Below are positions 55,160 through 64,000 of a stretch of 64,000 bases of DNA, piece by piece. Origin of the DNA: Chrysomallon squamiferum. Its lineage: Eukaryota > Animalia > Mollusca. The DNA lies in contig CM022673.1 of the NCBI GenBank assembly GCA_012295275.1, positions 16,244,001 to 16,308,000 of the forward strand, written 5' to 3'. The translations under genes and the position numbers were made by a program. Positions within the stretch are counted from its first letter, which is position 1; each line of letters opens with the position of its first letter. The notes beneath the pieces were generated by a model, which had not been told where the DNA came from, did not search any database, and saw only the letters and a list, made by a program, of their open reading frames with translations.

Positions 55160-57127
55160 CATGCTGCATTCAGAACATTGTTCATGCATGTCTTTCATAG
55201 TCAAAACAGTGACTTTCAGAGAATTCTTCCTAAGTTAGGTTCCAAGTCAAATAACAATCTTTTGACATCATGTTGTAACTATTATTATTTCTTAACCCTG
55301 GAGAGTATAATATCAAGATATATAACTCTAACTGAGGTTATATTTTAATTAAAAGAAAGAAGGCCAAACTGTAAGATGTGCTGCCATCTTTATTTACTTA
55401 CCTCCCCTGGTTTATGTGATACTGTTGTGTGGTGTATTAAGAAAAATATAACTGAACTGATATAAATTTATTGATTCATATTTCCTTGATGTTAGGTATC
55501 AGTTGTTTTTCTATGGGAATTAGTTTTTAATTTCCTGGTTTGCAAGCATGTTGAATTTTTCTCATCTGACACTAACATGTGACACAGCAAGGTTAAGTAA
55601 ACTACATCATTTCATTGTAAGTACTTTGTCATTTACAATCTGCATATGTAAATATGTATGTTAAATATGTGTATATATTTTAATTGCAAACGTGCTCAGG
55701 TGTGTTAATTAATAAAACAGCTGTTTATATATATATACACACACACACACACATGTATTTTTTTCATGTACAACTGTTTAATTTTAGAATCTAAACATAT
55801 ATATATATATATATATATATATGTGTATGTGTATGTGTCTGTGTATGTGTATGTATGTATGTATAAATGTATGTATGAATGCATGTGTGTGTAGGTGTGT
55901 GTGTAAATATGCTGTGTATATAAACCAACTGTCAGTTGTTCAGGTTAATTAACTTTGTGTTGCACACATCTCTGTTTGAATTTGTTACAAATCAAACCTT
56001 ATTAGTCATTCACAGTGCAGGTGTGTTAATTAAAGAGAAAGGTATGAGTCTCTTCAGTTCAGTTCACTGTCACCATTGAGCCACATATGTTTCTGTAATT
56101 ACATACACAGAGGTACTTATTACACAGGTGGATCTGCATATCCAGGTAAACAAATGAATAAGTAAGTAGAGACAGGCAGACAAATGCATACTTATATACA
56201 TGTGTGCATATATATAATGTTACATTCAAATAAATGAATAATTAAATTGTGCATGTCTAATTAAATATACAGGTATGTTTAGTTATTATAAAGATAAATT
56301 TACATGGTAATATATGTAAATAAATTAACAAATGATACAGATATAGACACACAATTATATAATTATGTAGGTAAATGTAATTTGTGTTCCAGTGCATGTA
56401 AAAAAATTATAAATAAATATAGACACAAAGATAGAAAAACAATGAGAAATGCATGCAGGAATGCTGTGTATGTTTAGAAACACATTTTCTGTTATACACA
56501 TTTTCACTCTGTAAGAGATCGTGTTCATTCATGTAATGCACACACATATATATACATGTATGCATGTATGCACATGTGCACACATTAGCTGACACATATA
56601 TACAGAGTTACTGAGATAGAGAGAGAAGGAGACAGAAAAAGACAAAGATATACAGCACAGAAACAGAGAGACAAAGACAGATAAGAAAATTGAATTGTTG
56701 AGAGACAAAGAGACAAACACGTGTACAGACAGATAGACACAGACGGAAAGAAACTGTAAGACAGAGAAAGACTGTGAGACAGAGGAAGAGAGAGATGGAG
56801 AGAAAGAAAAAAGAAAGTAACCAAAAAAGAAAGAGATAAAAAGAGTCAAAGGAAGAAAAAGGGAGACCAGATGTAAAAAGAGAGATGGAGAGAAAAATAA
56901 GTGAAAGAGGTAGAGAAACAAAGATAAAGAGACAGAGAAACAGAGAACAAATTAATTAAACAGTATTTTATCAGATACACAAGACACAGACAAATGTTTA
57001 TTTACACCTGTATGTTTTATATAAAAACATATCTAACACAATAAAAACATTATATCATGTTATATTCCTGTCACTGGTTTTCATTCACTGGGTTTGTTGC
57101 ACCAGTGTGTTATAGACATACATACAT

Positions 57128-57200
<73 letters not shown>

Positions 57201-57409
57201 GCCATACACACACACACACAGTCATACTATTCTTATTGTTGTTATTATTATTATTATTACTCCTATTGTTATTATTACTATTATTACACACACACACACA
57301 CACACACATACATCACTACTACCAGTTATTCTAACTCACAAGATTTACACTATGTATGTAACAACGTTCACACTACACAAGAGTCTTTCTACTAGTTACA
57401 GCTAACACA

Positions 57410-57768
57410 AGCTACGTGTAGCCCCAGTGAGTGTGTTGTATGTGGGTGTTTAGCCAGTCAGCTGCAGTCACTGCTGCCGATGTGAACGGAGACCATATTA
57501 TTCCTGTCACCTGTTTTCACGCAGCCGGTCACAGCAGCAGTGCTCCAACATGCGGTAACAGCTACATCGTCCTCAGGAGTAGGTAGCAACTGTAGAAGTT
57601 GTGGTTGTAGAAGGTGTGGATTTCTTTAGCAGAGTCGTTAGGAGATTCCAGCGTTTAATAATTTAAACACTTTCTCTGATTTACTGTTCTCACAGGAGTT
57701 TTATTTACATTGGGTTATTTTCTTCTTGTCTGCTTTTGTGGAGTTCTTCCGTTTAATTTTGTTAAAAG
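57410..57768 (+). other. Candidate non-coding first exon B of a downstream + strand gene
   Basis: GC- and CpG-richer island with only tiny uORFs, ending in a consensus donor AAG|GTAAGT (57769). Confidence 0.5.
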
Positions 57769-59336
57769 GTAAGTTTTTTTTCATCTATATAAATACATGT
57801 CATTTTGGATGGATGAATGCAAGATTAAATATTTAATTATGGAAATGAAGAATTTGCTGGGGTGTTTTTTTTTTTTCTTCTAAAGACGAAAAAGTATATT
57901 ATTTTGTTTCTGATGAAATTGTTTGTTTAGTAGATTTGGATTCAAGATTTTTATTTTTTTTTATTTAGGTAATTATGATTGTTTATTTATTTGATTTATC
58001 TATTTATTCATTCATTTATTTAATTATATACATATTTATTAATTTATTTACCATTTTATTTGTTAAGTTAAGTATTTATTTATTTGTTTACTGGCTTATT
58101 ATTTATTTATTTATCTATTCATTTGTTTATTTAATTATAATACTTGTTATTTATTTACTTACCTATTTACTTTATTTTATTTATTTATTTATTTTATATT
58201 TCTTAAATTTATGATCTTTCTGATCATTTAACAGGTTTACATAGTAATTTAATTACAGTTCAATGATATATTTAGTATAAATACTAATAGCCTGGTCTGA
58301 TTTCTTGTTATAAATTTACTAATATCACTAATAATTTTTTAAATATATACATAGAGCAGATTTTCTTTGTCAGTATCTAAGGGATGAATCTAAAACAAAA
58401 TAACATTTTTTCTTCATTTTTTAAAATATTTAATAATTATTATATATAATTATTATTATTATTTTTTTTTAACTTTAAACAGTCAATAATTTACAAATAA
58501 ATAATCACAGGAATTTATTTTTTCAAAGTTAATCACATCTCAAAATAAATAAATAAATAAATAAAATTTAACAAAGAGAAATAGATGGATGAATGATCTG
58601 GATAATAAATTTGTATTTAATGTCTTTTTTATGTTATTTTCTTTTTGTTATATATTGATTTTTGGTGAGTTTTTTATTTAATTTTATTTCATATTATTTT
58701 ATTATTTTATTTATCATTTTGAATTTTATTTTATTATTATGTTTTTTACACTTAATAACTTTTTATTTTATTTTATTTATTTATTTTTTTATCAATTTAT
58801 TTTATTTTATTTTATTTTATTTTATTTTATTTTATTTATTTATTTATAATATTTTTTCTTTTACATATTAAATTTTTTAAATACTTATTTTATTCATAAC
58901 ATTTTCTTAAATTTGGAGAACAAATAGAACTGTTCTGTATATGATAATTAAAAAAAACCCTACATAAACAATTTTATTCATATTTTTCATAATTTAAGAC
59001 TTAAAGTCAGTACATTTTTCAGATACTATAAAATAATACCATAATATGAAATTCTGATAAAATAAAATCACCAAAAGAAAGTGACATAAAACAGATTTGC
59101 TTTTTACAGTGTGAATCCCTTCTTTACAAACCAATAAAAAAATATAAATAAATAAATATTTAAATAAATAAATAAATATAAATAAATAAATAGAGATAGA
59201 CAGATTGTAGTGTGTATCTAACTCAGTGTTTGTATGTAAATCTAGGTGAAGTGATATTTTAAAATAATTTATATGTACCAGTACACATATCTATGTGTAT
59301 TTACACACACACACACACACACACCTACTACTACTA

Positions 59337-59370
<34 letters not shown>

Positions 59371-59397
59371 CTATACACACACACACATTTGTATGTG

Positions 59398-59464
<67 letters not shown>

Positions 59465-59912
59465 ACATATACAGTTTAAATATTTGTTTCTGTGTCTAAA
59501 CTGACAAAACTGTTACAGTTTCTAGATTATATTGTTTGTCTAGATTATATGTGGACCTGAGATATAATTAGTTTTACTGCTGCTTTGTTAACTGGGTTGA
59601 ATTAATTATCCTCTTTTTATAATTAGTAACACATAGTAACACAGTTCAGTAATTAAGTGCTTTGATCTCAGAATTAGCCGAGAAAGAATGAAGTTATTAC
59701 TGGAAAACTGATAGATGAAAAAAAAACCGTTTTGGTTGTGTGTATGTGAATGTGTGTGTGTGTATCTGTGTCTGTGTGTGTGTTTGTGTATGTTATGTAT
59801 GTGTGTCTCTGTGTGTGTGTGTAAAATATTTTTATTTAATTATTTTTGCTAATTTACTTATTATTTATTTATTTATTTACACATACATGTACACACAAAC
59901 ACACGCACACAT

Positions 59913-59948
<36 letters not shown>

Positions 59949-61384
59949 TTATACAAACATATATATATACATCCACAGACAAACACATATACATATGCAA
60001 ACACACGTATATATGGCACAATTTACTCAGTTTCCAAACCAGTATGTTTTTCTTTATAATGAAACTCTTTTCATCATCATTTTTTAAAATCATATTCACA
60101 TCACATACACGAAGGATCTGCTCCTAATTGTTTCTCTTTATGAGTGTTTTGCAGACAGACATTCTGACACAAATCTTACCGTAGACTGTTTCTGACAGGT
60201 CTTCAAGTGTTACCTACTACACACACATACTGTTCTCTTTTTACTGTTCCGACCAGAACATTGTCTTAGATATAACTGTTTTGTCTGGTCATCAGTCAGC
60301 CATTTTTAACAATGTAAAGTTCAAGCACACATTACATGTGTTTTTTATTTAGTTTATTATTATTATTATTAGTGCTGTTGTTATTGCTATTATTCTTGTT
60401 GTTATTGTTATTTATTTATTTATTTGTTTGTTATTGCTATTATTCTTGTTGTTATTGTTATTTATTTATTTATTTGTTTGTTATTGCTATTATTCTTGTT
60501 GTTATTGTTATTTATTTATTTATTTGTTTGTTATTTTATTTATTAGTTTTATTATTGTTATTATTATTGTTTTTATTATTAGCAGTAGTTTTAGCATTAT
60601 TATAATTATTACTACTACTACTATTACTATTATTTAGTATCATCATCACCATCATTATAATTATTGTTATTATGATTATTATTACTATTACTACTGTTAT
60701 TACTATTTAGTATCATCATCACCATCATCATCATTATCATTATTGTTATTGCTATTATGATTATTATTATTACTATTACTGCTATTATTACTATTTATAT
60801 TTTATCCTTTTTTTTTCTTTTTCTTTTTTTATCAGTTAACTATTTTAAATCAAGCTGTTGTGAAGTTCTCATTGTCTAAAATACAATTACTTCGTTTTAT
60901 AATCAATCAGCCATTTTCAACAATCTTTACATCGAGTGGAAGGTTTAAGCACACAAAACAACAGCCTTTTGTTTGAGTCTTGTTTTTTTTTTGTTGTTGT
61001 TTTTATTCCTAGCAAACTGTTATGGATTTCATTTTAATTTATATACACAGTTTTGTCTTGAAATCAATCAGCCATTTTGAATAATGTTAACATAAAATGC
61101 CTTTTTTTCTTCTTCTTTTATTTTTTTTCTTATTTTCTGTTTTTTGTTATTATTTATTTATTTATTTATTTGTTTGTTTATTTATTTGTCTTCCTAGCCA
61201 GTGAATGAATTAAAACAATTTGCTAACACATTTTGAATGTAAATGTCTGCTGTAATTCTCTCAAATATTTGAAACAGAGCTTATGGTCAGAGAAGCACAT
61301 CTGAGACAAAATGAAACAGATAATTTCAATCCATTAAAAAAAAATGTTTCAGTGTCCATGCAATCTGTTTGACAATCACCTATC

Positions 61385-61920
61385 TACTAAACTGTCTGTG
61401 CATGAAAACTTATTTAGAGATATATAACACAGCCTTTAAATGACATTTCTATTAGACAGTCTCTATAAGAAAATGTATTTAGAGATATATAACACAAACT
61501 ATTAGTTATTTGTCTATCAGACTGTGTCTATCTGAAAATTTATTTACAGATATATAACACAAACAATTAGTCACATGTCAGTCAAACTGTGTCTATCTGA
61601 AAACTTCTTTAGAGACTTACAACACAAACAGTCTATCAAACTCTATCTGAAAACATAGAGATATAGATAACACAATCTATTAGTCATTTGTCTGTGTTGA
61701 AAACGTACTTAGGGGGATATAACACAACCTATTAGCCACATAACAATCGAGCTGTCTCATATCTGAAAACTTAGAGATATGTATAACACAGTCTGTTAGT
61801 CATTTGTCTGTGTTGAAAACTTACTTAGGGAGATATAACACAACCTATTAGCCACATAACAATCGAGCTGTCTCATATCTGAAAACTTAGAGATATGTAT
61901 AACACAGTCTGTTAGTCACA
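61385..61920. repeat. Minisatellite (~55-63 bp subunits) ending in two near-identical 116-bp higher-order copies
   Basis: Subunits ctgaaaacttagagatatataacaca..ttagtca; near-exact duplicates start at 61681 and 61797. Confidence 0.88.
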
Positions 61921-64000
61921 CGTGTGTCAGACTGGTGAATGAAGTGTCTATTGATTCTCTGTGTCAGTGTGGTGGTGTTATCAGCAGTGTGTGTATTCCT
62001 CAGAGAAGATGTGCAATTGTTGAATCTTTTCTCTGTCCTCCTGGCAATTGTTCTGTGTTTACTGAACTCATCTAAGTTCATTATTTCCTCCCGTTCCTCC
62101 ACACTGTGCTCCATCTCTTTGATGTTTGCTCATGAAAACAGAGCAATTTTTAGTTCACAAATATCAGAATAACAGGAGTGAGGTCACGTGATCATTGCAG
62201 GATTGCAGCCCCTTGAGAAATCTTTTATTCCAGCCAGGACTGCATGGCTGCTATATCAAAGGCTAGAAATGAAATATCTGTCTCTAAAAGGAAATGTAAT
62301 TAAAAGTTCCCTTGCTGATGATCAAAAGATATATAGTTTGGATATGATAAGTGCATATATCCATTTTAGAAAGTTCTGAAACATTCTTCTCTGTGCTCCT
62401 ACATTAAGTGTTTTCCTGCTGCTAGGAAGGTGTATGTAAAAGAAATCCTGTTGCTAAATGGTAAGAATAATCCATAAAGCAATGGGATAGGTTTCTTGTC
62501 TCATATCACAATTAAGCAAGAAACAATTTATTAATAACTGTGAAAAATTTCAATATACACACACATATATTTATATATTTATATATGAATGTGTTAGGTA
62601 GTTCTTAATTCATCCAGAAATAAATTATTTCTTCCCACACAGAAAACTATTATAAAACATTTTCACATAAAAATGCGGCAGTGATAATAAAATGGAAGTT
62701 AATTAAATCATTGCTGTTTTAATGCTTGGCTGGTTGATTAAATCTATCAATTTATTGCCTCAAGAAAAAAAAAAATCTTAAAGAAAGATTTAATTATTGT
62801 TGTATTATAATGTAATTCAGATAAAATCTTTTTCCTGTAGATCTTCTTTTCTTTAGACAATGGATGTTCTGTGTAACATACAAACACATACATTGTGTAC
62901 ACCTAAACATTCATGTAATTGTTGTCTTACAATTATATACTTTATCTCTTTCAAAAATCAGTCTGTCCAGTTTCCTTCTTTCTATTTGCACCTGTCCTTT
63001 TATTTTTATCTTTCTATCTTTATTTCATACTTAGATACATTATATGCAGACATATACATATATATATATATTAATGTGTACACACATACACACAAACAAA
63101 CATGTACTTTCTTTCATTTACAGACCTTTGAAGCATGCACATTCTATCTTCCCTTTCAATTTTTTTTCTGTCTATATTTATCTTTGTTTACTTTTTCTTA
63201 CTTTCTATTTTATCTTTATATATCTTTTTTCTTCTTCTTTTTCTATCTCTTTCTCTCCCTTTACCTCTTTTTTATCTCTTTTTCTTTCTCTCAATTTTTT
63301 CTATCTTTGTCTCTATTTATTTTTCTCTTTTTATTTATTTTCTCTCTTGCTCTTGCCATTACACACATTCTCCTTTCGTCTCTTTCAAACAAGCTGTACA
63401 GCAATTGTTGCACCTAGTGACATGTGAATAAAACTATTTACTATTGAACTGAGTTTTAATTAGCTGATTATAGAGGACACATGCTAATTACCTGTTCACA
63501 CAACAAAGAATCTTCAGACAGGTGATAATGTTCTGCAGTGACAGCTGCAACAAAAAACAAGACCAAAAAAAATAAAAAAATAATAATAATAACTTTTGAT
63601 AGAAAACTGATCTGATTAACTGAAAAACAGTTTTAACAACAATTGTCTGAGAAAGAATAAAGTGAAATAGGTCAGATCTCAATTTCTGTTTCAACTATTA
63701 CAGGTAATAAGTGCATGTGTGGTAAATAGTCACTGCAGATTTGCACTAATTAATGTGCTGGATGGTTGTGCATACATATACATGTTATTTGTTACATAGA
63801 CACACACAGACACATGTACAAACATACTTATATATATATTCATACATGCATACATCGATACAATACAACAAGACTTACACACATACATACAGACATACTG
63901 ACATTAACATGTAGAGACATAGTATGTACAAACATACCTATATATATTTTCTTTTATTTACATCAATACATTAAACAAAGGTGAGATTTCTGCTTTATTT

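Noticed and set aside
54855-60637. Poly-Thr/Val/Leu and HT/CV-repeat ORFs (mucin- or His-rich-like)
   Set aside because: Derived from (GTA)n, (CA)n and (TA)n repeats, with no exon structure or domain.
61887-62379. ORFs 61939-62172 (signal-peptide-like), 62188-62379 and 61887-62114
   Set aside because: No recognisable motif. More likely UTR/uORF sequence, though a small peptide cannot be excluded without expression data.
62860-63431. 185-aa hydrophobic ORF and overlapping ORFs
   Set aside because: Open in all three frames because of a CT-rich low-complexity tract.

Overview
AT-rich, CpG-depleted, microsatellite-rich animal genomic DNA (invertebrate; mollusc/lophotrochozoan-like by inference only). 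I reconstructed four intron-rich protein genes exon by exon: the 3' part of DEF8 (+, 355-4441), lysosomal di-N-acetylchitobiase CTBS (-, 5492-9913), RUNDC1 (-, 16342-26204) and MOB3 (+, 31743-36724). RUNDC1 and MOB3 are head-to-head. The last ~27 kb has no convincing CDS. It holds a 5'-truncated L2-type LINE with target-site duplication, minisatellites, hairpins and candidate non-coding first exons/promoters of a gene beyond the window. The most striking pattern is that all four genes carry intronic duplicates of one of their own exon-intron junctions: tandem acceptor arrays in DEF8 and RUNDC1, a tandem donor array in CTBS, and a dispersed acceptor plus exon-start copy in MOB3. In the three tandem arrays only the exon-proximal site keeps the reading frame. 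DEF8 and RUNDC1 each show an apparent frameshift, either an assembly error or a real allele. Almost all of the supplied ORF track is low-complexity noise.
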